Shown here piece by piece: positions 48,129 to 57,011 of a stretch of DNA of 64,000 bases. Source of the stretch: a virus; the IMG/VR virus record IMGVR_UViG_3300027280_000002, positions 32,001 through 96,000 of that record; one strand, 5' to 3'. Position 1 is the first letter of the stretch, and each line of letters starts with the position of its first letter. The translations under genes and the position numbers were made by a program. Under the pieces are notes generated by a model that saw only the letters and a program-made list of their open reading frames with translations, was not told the DNA's origin and did not search any database.

Positions 48129-50647
48129 TGGCAAAAGGTTTATCAGCAGCAAAAGCTAAAAAGATACTACAAGATGGTTACGTAAAAGGTAAGCCTCTCA
48201 CAGCAAAGCAAAAGAAATACTTTGGAGCTATTGCTAGTGGTGGTACGCCCTTGAAAGCAATGAATGGTAATTGGCTAGATAAGTTTGCTATGGGAGGAAG
48301 TCTTCCAGGTGCATCAGGTATGATGTATTCACGTAACTCTGGTTCTTCTACAATGTCTCCTCCTAACCTTACTAAAGCTCAAGATGGAACAGTAGAATAT
48401 GGTACACCTGAATATAAAAAAGCATATGAGGAAGGTAGATTTGCTGATGTACCTAATCAACTAGATGAAGTAGTTATAGATAGTGGTGTAGATTATGAGA
48501 AATATCCTCTGTATGATAAACTCTCTGTACAAGAGAAAGAGTATTTTAATGACCCAGGAACAATTGGTAGAGGTGTAAGAAGAGCTGCTCAAACAGATAG
48601 AGGGTTATCTGAGGATACAAGAGATATGGTGACAGGAATGTTGGTGAAACAACCTTTAGCTGCATTACAAGTTCCTCAATCTTTAATGGTGGAAGGTATA
48701 GAAACTTTAAGGGGTAAAGATGCTAACTTTTTAAATGCACTTACATTTGACACACAAAGGTTACCGTCTCAAACAATGGGTTTTGAAACTACAAGTGATA
48801 TGTCTTGGTATAACCCTAAAGTTATATCAAACTTTGCAATGGATGTTGTATCCGACCCATTGAATCTTGTTGGTGCAGGTATAGTAGATGATGCTTTAAA
48901 ACTTGGTTTAAGACAAGGATTAACAAATACAGTAGCAAGAAGTCTGGACAGACCAATTATAAATACGCTAGGAAATAAGTATTTACCTAATGCAAATAAA
49001 ATAAATCCTTGGGCATATCAATACAATCTTCCAAAAAATACCATGTGGAGAGGGTTGGGTCAAGAAGGTATGGAAGATGCTGTTAGTTCTGGTTTATTTA
49101 GATCAAAACAAAATGTTCCTGATCAGTTTTTTCCTGGATCAAGTTTAAAACTAAGTAAAAGTTTTGGAACTAATCCATACTTTACACCGAAGTTTAAAAC
49201 TGCTGCAACTTATGGAGATAATTATTTAGCTGAAGTTCCAAGAGATGTTGCTAATTGGACACAAAGATACAAACGTAGTAACTGGAGTCAGTTTGCAGAT
49301 AGACCGATACCAACTTTAGAAGGTAGAATACTACAAAAAGATTGGTTAAGAGGATATAAACCAATTGAAATTCCTCAAGCTCCTTCTAGTTTTGTTGAAG
49401 CTGCAGCAAACCCTAGTGTTAGACAAAGTCTTAAAGATTTAAATGATAAATTAGGAATAAGTAATACAACTTCAGCACAAATTAGATCTAGTGAGAAGTT
49501 CAACAAAAATTGGTTTAACAACCCTGAGACTATTAGAAGAACAGAAGAGATGATAAATCAACCCTCCTCTTTAAGATCTAATATGAGTGAGATTGAGATT
49601 CTGCAAGACCTTAATCTTTATGAGACAATGCTTGATAAATCTCGTAATCTAACTCCAGCTCAAAAAGCTGGTATAGAAAGACAAAAGAAAGATTTATATG
49701 CTGGATTAGCAAAAAGAAATCTTCAAACAGTACAACAGAAAGGAAGATTTACGGAAGTGTTTGATCCAGATAACATAAGACATCAAGATGTAGGTTTAAC
49801 TTATGAAAAGAATCCCAACTATTTAGGACTTTACACAGGTAGAACAAACCAAGGAACAGTTAATGTACCACGTACAAAAAAAGCAGGCAAGGATACTGGT
49901 TCAACCTTTACACATGAAGACTTGCATGCAGTTACAGCAGGAAGAAAAGGATATACAGATGAAGCTACAGACATATTAAAAGATGCAGTGGGTAAAGATC
50001 AAGACTGGTGGCTTAATAAAATAAACACAACAAAAGATCAAAAAACAAGAGAAAAGTTAATTGATAGATTGGAATACCTATCAAGACCTCAAGAGATGCA
50101 TGCTAGAGTACATGAGCTTAGAAAAGCTTTTAATTTAAAACCTGGTCAAGAGGTTAGTGCTGCAAAGATTGACCAGATAATGATGAAAGGGTTAAAAGGA
50201 GACACCCCTGTTGATGAAGACTTTTTTAGACTATTAGGTGACAAAGAGAAGTTTAGAAAGATATTTAACAAGCTTCCAGCATATGTACCAGTAGCTGTAG
50301 GACTTGGTGCTGCTTCACAAAACAAAAATGGTGGATGGTTATCTAAGTATGAGAACGGTGGTGTGATAGAAGATAACAGAGGGCAATGGGCACACCCAGG
50401 AAAAATAACTAAAATAAACTCCAACAAAATAACAATGAAGGGTGTTAACTACCCTGTACTTGGAGTATCTGATAAAGGAGATACTCAAATGATGTATCCT
50501 AATGGAGAATATCAATATGATGGAAACAGCGTTACAGAGTATCCTATGGCTAAAGATGGAAAGTCTTTGGTAGAACTAGATCAATTGACTAACTTTACAA
50601 ACTACAACACCTCACAACCAGGAGGCTGGTTAAACAAATATAATTAA
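48128..50647 (+). CDS. Virion cargo protein with ART-like and zincin (HExxH) domains
   Basis: MWRGLG...PYFT...AATY..YLAE (ART-like, weak); THEDLHA with downstream PQEMHAR; recurring xxxGG motifs. Confidence 0.65.
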   Translation: MAKGLSAAKAKKILQDGYVKGKPLTAKQKKYFGAIASGGTPLKAMNGNWLDKFAMGGSLPGASGMMYSRNSGSSTMSPPNLTKAQDGTVEYGTPEYKKAYEEGRFADVPNQLDEVVIDSGVDYEKYPLYDKLSVQEKEYFNDPGTIGRGVRRAAQTDRGLSEDTRDMVTGMLVKQPLAALQVPQSLMVEGIETLRGKDANFLNALTFDTQRLPSQTMGFETTSDMSWYNPKVISNFAMDVVSDPLNLVGAGIVDDALKLGLRQGLTNTVARSLDRPIINTLGNKYLPNANKINPWAYQYNLPKNTMWRGLGQEGMEDAVSSGLFRSKQNVPDQFFPGSSLKLSKSFGTNPYFTPKFKTAATYGDNYLAEVPRDVANWTQRYKRSNWSQFADRPIPTLEGRILQKDWLRGYKPIEIPQAPSSFVEAAANPSVRQSLKDLNDKLGISNTTSAQIRSSEKFNKNWFNNPETIRRTEEMINQPSSLRSNMSEIEILQDLNLYETMLDKSRNLTPAQKAGIERQKKDLYAGLAKRNLQTVQQKGRFTEVFDPDNIRHQDVGLTYEKNPNYLGLYTGRTNQGTVNVPRTKKAGKDTGSTFTHEDLHAVTAGRKGYTDEATDILKDAVGKDQDWWLNKINTTKDQKTREKLIDRLEYLSRPQEMHARVHELRKAFNLKPGQEVSAAKIDQIMMKGLKGDTPVDEDFFRLLGDKEKFRKIFNKLPAYVPVAVGLGAASQNKNGGWLSKYENGGVIEDNRGQWAHPGKITKINSNKITMKGVNYPVLGVSDKGDTQMMYPNGEYQYDGNSVTEYPMAKDGKSLVELDQLTNFTNYNTSQPGGWLNKYN

Positions 50648-50648
50648 T

Positions 50649-53600
50649 ATGAAAGCTCAAATTTTAAAAATAGCAGGCGTTAAGTCTGAAAAAGAATTCT
50701 ATAAGAAGTTTCCTACGGAGGAGGCTTTCATGAAGAAATATGCAAAACAATTATCTAAACTTAAGAAAGCTGCAACAGGTGATGTTCTAAATAACAACAT
50801 TCAGCCAATGAATGGTACTGATCTTTTAGAAAGAAATAAGAAAAATGTTTTGTCTGGTTTGGGAGAATTTAAAGATAGAGCATTTGAACTTGGAGTAGAT
50901 TCTATGCTTACTCAAGATGAGTTAGAAGAATATGAGTACAAAGCAAAGATAGATGCATTATATAGTCAACAACAAGAAAAGAAAGGCGGTGGATTAATGT
51001 CTATGCTTACACCAGAAAATATGGAAAAAGCTAAAGGGCTTTTGGGTGGTTTATCTAAAGGAGGTGGTAATGGTGGTGGAACTGTTGAGGTTGGAGAATT
51101 AGAGATGTTGAAAAAAGGTGGTAAAGTAAAGGGGTCAGAAAAAGATATGTTTGAGCCACATATGATGTATGATCCAAAAACTAAAAAAGGTAAGAAAGCT
51201 ATGACTTACAAAGAGCACTTAGCTCTTAAGAAAAAAGGATGGGGACATGAAGCACCTAAAGCTATGGGAGGTTTTAGTGGTGGAGGCGGTTCAACTGCTA
51301 CACCTTCTTGGGGACAAGATATAGATATACCAGAAGGGGCTACTAGACAAGGTAGGTATAACTCTGATGGTTCAGCTGCACCTTCAGTTGGAAGTCAGGT
51401 TCTTACACAAATTGAGGGTACTCCTATAATTGGTGACATTGCTATGGGTATAGGTAAGATACAGGGACAGAAAGATGCTTTAAAAGATCTTAAACAAATG
51501 AAGGAAGTCACTGGTATACAGTACCAAGCTGCCATGACTAAGCCAGAAGAAGTAGAAAGAGAGTACGTCCGTCCTGAAGATGTTCAGAATACAGGAGAAG
51601 AATTCTTTCCAATATATGGAGTAGGTACAAATGTACTTGCAAAAAATGGTGCAACCTTATTTAATAATCCAGACTATACTCCTTTAATTAATGTAAATAA
51701 AGCAAAGTCATTTATGAATGGCGGCTATTTACCTAAGGCTATGGGAGGCTTTAGTGGTGGTTCTGGAGGTTCTGGTGGCGGAGGAATGACTTCTGGTGGA
51801 TATGATCAAATTGGTAATATAGCTGGAAACATGGCCTACGGAGACAAAGCTGAAAGAGATGCAGGAAGTAACATAGGTGGAGGAGTTGGAAGAGGTATAG
51901 GTATGTTGGTTGGAGGACCAGCAGGAGGAGCTATTGGTGAATTTATTGGTAGTGGTATTGGAGATCTAGTTGATAGAAATGATAGAAGACAACAACTGGA
52001 AAGGGATCAAATAGATCGAAATATATCAATGATGACTAACATGAAAATAGGACCTCAAATCCATTCAGGGTATGCATCACACATGAAAGAAGGTGGAAGA
52101 GTGCCTGGACCTCAAGTAGTAAAATATATGGGAGGTAACTCTGTAAGTAAATTATTTAAACCGGATCCTAAAATGAACACTCTTAAAGAAGGTGGTTCTG
52201 TAGCTGCTAATGGAGATATTAAAACTCTATGGGGAGGTGAGGCTAATGCAGTTTCATATAATCCGTATGCTGGAGGTCAGAGTATATCATTTACTGGTAA
52301 CTCTCACGATACTAAAGATGCTAAAACTGGTAAAACAGGAATAGGTGTTGCTTACGGACCACAATCTGTTGCTAATAATGAAGCAGTAGTAGAGGTAGAA
52401 AATGAACCAGCTCAAATTATGAAGGATGGTGGAAACCAAGAAAGCTTAGTAGTCTTCGGAGATTTAAAAATACCAAAAGGGTATGCACAAGAAATAGGTG
52501 ATAAAAATGCTGGAGGTCAAAAGTTTAAAAAATATGTTGATAATCTTAATTCTGAAGAATCAAAAATAAATAAACAAATGGGGACTGCTGTAGACGCTGC
52601 TGCTGACATTGATAATACTAAGTGGGGAGAATTATTAAGATCCACATCTGATGTTATTGTAAATGGAGGTGACATGAAGCTAAAAGATATCGCAAATAAA
52701 AAAAGAGTATTAGCTGATATTCAAAGTGCATTAAATGATACCTTTGAAGAAAATAATATAGACGGTAATCAGTTTATAAGCAAAGGAGTACTTAAAGATG
52801 TTAAAGACACAGAGAACTATGCTAAGAATGGTAAGAAAGAAACCTACACTGAATATGCAGAAGATGGTAGAAAGATACCTAAAGCTCAAAAAGGTCTTAC
52901 TTTAAATGAGTTACCTTTTAAATCAGCTGAAGAAGCAATCGCTGCTGGTTATACTTTAGACGAAGATAAAAACTCAGAAAACTTTGGTAAATATTATATA
53001 GAGGAGGAGTCATCAGATACGGAGACAAACACTGAAGTTGATTTTATAAAAGATATTCCTGAAGATCAAAAGTTTGGAGGTTCCGATATAGGAAAAATGG
53101 TTAATAAAAAAATAACTGCTGAACAATATAATGATTGGAAAAAAGATAACAAATGGTTTTTTGATAAGAACCCTGATTGGAAAGCTGACACAAAAGAAGA
53201 TGTAATGTTATTCCAAAGAGAATTTAATAAGATAAATCCTAATAGTATAAAGGTTGATGGATTATTTGGTGATCAAACAATATCAGCTAGATTTAAAAGT
53301 GAAGATAGTGAGACACCTAAAACAGAAAGAAGGTACAGAGATGTTGCTGTGGCGGAAGAAGAAGAAGAAGTTGTAACAACAGAAGAAACTACTACTGTTA
53401 AATCTAAAATACCGTTTGATGTAAATATGCTTAGACCTTTGTTTTCTGAAGAATTAGAAAATAATCTAGACTACAATCAGATTATACCTGAGTTAAATGC
53501 AGCTGCAAACAATCAACTTGAACCTGTATATGCACAGACATTTGATCCTAGGCTAAGAGTACCTTATGACATAAGCTTACAAGATCAAATGAATGAAGTT

Positions 53601-54224
53601 ACTGCAGCTTATAGAGCAGCAAGTCAAAATCCTGCAGCAATGAATAATCCAGCACTGCAAGCTTCTATGGCTGCACCTATGTATTCTGCAATTAATCAAA
53701 CTAAAGGAGAAGAGTTTAGACAGAACCAAGCTATGAAAGATACTGTATACAGTGGAAACATTGAAGCGATCAATCAGGCCAAAAAAATGAATCTGGGCAT
53801 TTATGACCAACAGCAACAAAGACAAGCTCAAGCCCTATCTAATACTAAAGCAACACAGCAAGAAATTGTTAAATCTATATCTGATAAGTATCAAGCAAAC
53901 AAACAACTTAATCAGAGACAAAAGGTTCTAAGTGAATTATACAACCAATTTGGATATACTAAAAACTTAGACATTGTAAACGATGGACCTCCTGCTGTAT
54001 TTAATATACCAGGCATGGGACCTACAGGACAAGTTGGTACTGGTAATAAATATATGGATATGTTTAATATATTAACTGGTGGAGGATTTAATCCTAATGC
54101 TAATCAACAAACCACCACTGACACTACTACCGTAGCTGAATACGGTGCTAAATTAAAACCAATAAAAACAGTAAAAAGAAATCAGAAAAATAGCAATGTT
54201 GTACGAGCGTACAAAAAACTATAA
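50649..54224 (+). CDS. Virion cargo/ejection protein with Gly-zipper segments
   Basis: GGGVGRGIGMLVGGPAGGAIGEFIGSGIG; DVMLFQ...VDGLFGDQT (PG-binding-like); many KAxxG/xKEGG motifs. Confidence 0.7.
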   Translation: MKAQILKIAGVKSEKEFYKKFPTEEAFMKKYAKQLSKLKKAATGDVLNNNIQPMNGTDLLERNKKNVLSGLGEFKDRAFELGVDSMLTQDELEEYEYKAKIDALYSQQQEKKGGGLMSMLTPENMEKAKGLLGGLSKGGGNGGGTVEVGELEMLKKGGKVKGSEKDMFEPHMMYDPKTKKGKKAMTYKEHLALKKKGWGHEAPKAMGGFSGGGGSTATPSWGQDIDIPEGATRQGRYNSDGSAAPSVGSQVLTQIEGTPIIGDIAMGIGKIQGQKDALKDLKQMKEVTGIQYQAAMTKPEEVEREYVRPEDVQNTGEEFFPIYGVGTNVLAKNGATLFNNPDYTPLINVNKAKSFMNGGYLPKAMGGFSGGSGGSGGGGMTSGGYDQIGNIAGNMAYGDKAERDAGSNIGGGVGRGIGMLVGGPAGGAIGEFIGSGIGDLVDRNDRRQQLERDQIDRNISMMTNMKIGPQIHSGYASHMKEGGRVPGPQVVKYMGGNSVSKLFKPDPKMNTLKEGGSVAANGDIKTLWGGEANAVSYNPYAGGQSISFTGNSHDTKDAKTGKTGIGVAYGPQSVANNEAVVEVENEPAQIMKDGGNQESLVVFGDLKIPKGYAQEIGDKNAGGQKFKKYVDNLNSEESKINKQMGTAVDAAADIDNTKWGELLRSTSDVIVNGGDMKLKDIANKKRVLADIQSALNDTFEENNIDGNQFISKGVLKDVKDTENYAKNGKKETYTEYAEDGRKIPKAQKGLTLNELPFKSAEEAIAAGYTLDEDKNSENFGKYYIEEESSDTETNTEVDFIKDIPEDQKFGGSDIGKMVNKKITAEQYNDWKKDNKWFFDKNPDWKADTKEDVMLFQREFNKINPNSIKVDGLFGDQTISARFKSEDSETPKTERRYRDVAVAEEEEEVVTTEETTTVKSKIPFDVNMLRPLFSEELENNLDYNQIIPELNAAANNQLEPVYAQTFDPRLRVPYDISLQDQMNEVTAAYRAASQNPAAMNNPALQASMAAPMYSAINQTKGEEFRQNQAMKDTVYSGNIEAINQAKKMNLGIYDQQQQRQAQALSNTKATQQEIVKSISDKYQANKQLNQRQKVLSELYNQFGYTKNLDIVNDGPPAVFNIPGMGPTGQVGTGNKYMDMFNILTGGGFNPNANQQTTTDTTTVAEYGAKLKPIKTVKRNQKNSNVVRAYKKL

Positions 54225-54297
54225 CGAACCTGGTGATAAAGAATTACTAGAATAGGTTATCCTATTTTGGAAAGTTCTATAAATAATAATACATTTG
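54220..54297 (+). promoter_or_regulatory. 25-bp conserved site plus Bacteroidota promoter
   Basis: TATAACGA-N5-GTGATAAAGAAT, 21 nt, then TTTG-N20-TACATTTG. Confidence 0.7.
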
Positions 54298-54304
54298 TTA
54301 AATT

Positions 54305-57001
54305 ATGGCATCATACTTAGATAACATACCTACCTTCAATGAATATAGAGAGCAACTTCCTGTGGAGGATATGCTTAAGGTTGGTCTGTTCAAACAACAA
54401 CGTTATGAAGAGGGCGTACAGAAAATTCAAAAAAGCATAGATAATATTGCTGGACTGGATGTAGTAAGAGACGTAGATAAAAAGTATCTACAATCCAAAC
54501 TAAACTCTCTTGGAGGACAATTACAAAGTGTAGCAGCTTCGGATTTTTCAAACTTTCAACTTGTTAATACTGTAGACGGTATGACAAACCAATTAGTTAA
54601 AGATCCTAACATACTAAATGCTGTAGGGTCCGCAGCTAAATATAGAAAGCAACTAGAGAATCAAGAAAAGATTAACCTAGATGGCAAAGGTTCAGAATCA
54701 AATGACTGGAACTTTAATAAGAGTGTACAACAATGGTATGAGGGAGGCATAGATGCTTCTTTTAATACACAGTTTAAACCTTATGTTAATTTCAATGAAC
54801 AAGCTATGAAAATAGTTAAAGCTCTTGCTTCTGATAGCATTGAGGGAGATGTTTACATGGAGAAAGATAAGAATGGAAGAACAGTAATATACAATGTACT
54901 TACAAGAGAAAAAGTAGAAGGCATATCTGCTGATAAAATACAAACTGCATTAATGGCTGGACTTACTCCAGATGCATTTAATCAAATGAACATTGATGGA
55001 CAATACCAATATTCAAATGTTTCTGATGATCAATTTGTAAATGATATTAATGAAAGTTATTCTAATACTTTTAATGCACTTTTAAAAGAAAGAAATTCTT
55101 TAGAAAGCATAATGAACGATGCATCTACTGCTTCAGAAAAGATTAGAATTCAAAATCAGATAGACCAATTAGATTCTCAAACAAATCTTTTAAAGAATGA
55201 GTATGAAAATGTATCAGGTTCATTTACTGAAGGAGATGTAGAGAGTTCAAAAGCTAGGCTATATTCTACTAACTGGATGAGAGATTTTTCTAATTCTATG
55301 TCAAGTAAAAATGTTTCGCAAACTGTTCATAGTAATCCAGCAAGAGCAGATCAGTTAAAGGTACTACAAATGCAACAGGATGCTGCTCAGTTTAATGCTA
55401 AATATTTACAGACTGAAAAAAATAATAAAATCAGAAATGCAATAGAAGAACGAAAAGCAGAAGTATTAGAAAAAGCAAATCAAGAAGGTTACGGTGGTGT
55501 TCCAATGCCAGGTGGAGAAGAAGAAGATGATGTGGATGTTGTGGCTTACGCAGAACTTGATAAAGATAACAGTGAAGCTTTACGTGATCAGTACAAAGAA
55601 AAATACATGAAGACTCATGGAAAAAGTAAAGAGGAACTTGAAGACCTGTTGGCTAATTTCAAAAAAAGTCAAGGATCTGCTGTAGCCTCTGATCTTCATT
55701 CAGCACTTTCTGAAATAGTTAAGTTAGAGGAAGATTATACTCGTAAGGATGAAGTTATTACTAAGCTTCGTAAAGAGTCTTTATTACTATTTCCTACTCC
55801 TGTAGAGCTTGAAAGATTAAATAAAACAATTACAGTAAATTTTGATGATACATCAAATGGTCAAGTAATACCTAGTACTCTTTCTATAGATTATAACTCA
55901 ATGGATGTCATGTTTGAGAAGTTTCAAAAATATGTATATTCTGACACAGATGGTGATGACATGCCTTTACCAGATAGTATAAATCAAAGAAGTATTGATA
56001 GAGCTCAAAGTGAATTAAGTGGTGAGGAATTAGCAGTGTTCAATCAAATTTTTGTTCCTGGATACGACAGAGGAGCTCTTTATGGAGTTAGCAGCAGTAG
56101 TGGTTCAGACGTATATGATGACTGGGCTAATTCACGTAAACCAAGAGCAGCTATGAAAGATAATCTTGATGAAGATAGAAACAAATATCTGGCTGATGAA
56201 CTTAGACTTACTAGCATAGTTCCTCAATCAGTATCTTATAACATTCCACTAGAAGATAGTAAACAACAAAGAATTTTTGCAGGTACACTAGAAGGTTTAG
56301 CAAATGAGATTCAGAGTTTAGATGAAGACAAGGCTGAAAACATAAGAAGGATTAGCAGTAAGCTTGTAAGTTCAAATATTATAACTAAAGGAATTGGAGA
56401 TAACTATAGAGTAACTATAACTGGTTCTACTGGATCTGGGAATTCTGTTGAAACTGAAACTATAGATATGACACCTGAGTTGTATTCAACTGTGTTTGGT
56501 GAGACATATGAACCCAGTCCTTCTATTGAATATTTTAATAATAACTATCTTCCTTCTATGTTAGATACAAGACCAGACCTAGAAGAAGTTACAATTATTA
56601 ATAGTGCAGGTAATAATGAAACTATTTATACAAGACCAGAACAAGACTTTTGGTCTACTTCTACAAACATGTCATACAATACTACACCGGCTACTGCTGG
56701 ATTAAAAGGTAGAAGAGATTTTCCTAATACAATATACTTTGGAGTTACTGGAGATTTGGTAACTAAGAGAAATCCTAAAGACCCTAATAGTGTTTATTAT
56801 TTAAAATTAAATATAACCAATCCTATAACTGGGGAGGTGACTTCAAACATTACACTTGATGTACCTTTTGTAAAAGAGAAAGTAGCAACAACATTACAAA
56901 AAATAAGCGATTCAGATATATATGAAATACTAAATGGTAGAGGTGCTACTATGACAGACGAATATATTGCTAATCTCAAAAAGGCTGCTGAAAGCAACTA
57001 A
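54305..57001 (+). CDS. Virion cargo/ejection protein, 898 aa
   Basis: Helical N-terminus; position before the giant gene as in crAss-like phages. Confidence 0.7.
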   Translation: MASYLDNIPTFNEYREQLPVEDMLKVGLFKQQRYEEGVQKIQKSIDNIAGLDVVRDVDKKYLQSKLNSLGGQLQSVAASDFSNFQLVNTVDGMTNQLVKDPNILNAVGSAAKYRKQLENQEKINLDGKGSESNDWNFNKSVQQWYEGGIDASFNTQFKPYVNFNEQAMKIVKALASDSIEGDVYMEKDKNGRTVIYNVLTREKVEGISADKIQTALMAGLTPDAFNQMNIDGQYQYSNVSDDQFVNDINESYSNTFNALLKERNSLESIMNDASTASEKIRIQNQIDQLDSQTNLLKNEYENVSGSFTEGDVESSKARLYSTNWMRDFSNSMSSKNVSQTVHSNPARADQLKVLQMQQDAAQFNAKYLQTEKNNKIRNAIEERKAEVLEKANQEGYGGVPMPGGEEEDDVDVVAYAELDKDNSEALRDQYKEKYMKTHGKSKEELEDLLANFKKSQGSAVASDLHSALSEIVKLEEDYTRKDEVITKLRKESLLLFPTPVELERLNKTITVNFDDTSNGQVIPSTLSIDYNSMDVMFEKFQKYVYSDTDGDDMPLPDSINQRSIDRAQSELSGEELAVFNQIFVPGYDRGALYGVSSSSGSDVYDDWANSRKPRAAMKDNLDEDRNKYLADELRLTSIVPQSVSYNIPLEDSKQQRIFAGTLEGLANEIQSLDEDKAENIRRISSKLVSSNIITKGIGDNYRVTITGSTGSGNSVETETIDMTPELYSTVFGETYEPSPSIEYFNNNYLPSMLDTRPDLEEVTIINSAGNNETIYTRPEQDFWSTSTNMSYNTTPATAGLKGRRDFPNTIYFGVTGDLVTKRNPKDPNSVYYLKLNITNPITGEVTSNITLDVPFVKEKVATTLQKISDSDIYEILNGRGATMTDEYIANLKKAAESN

Positions 57002-57011
57002 CAAAAACAAC

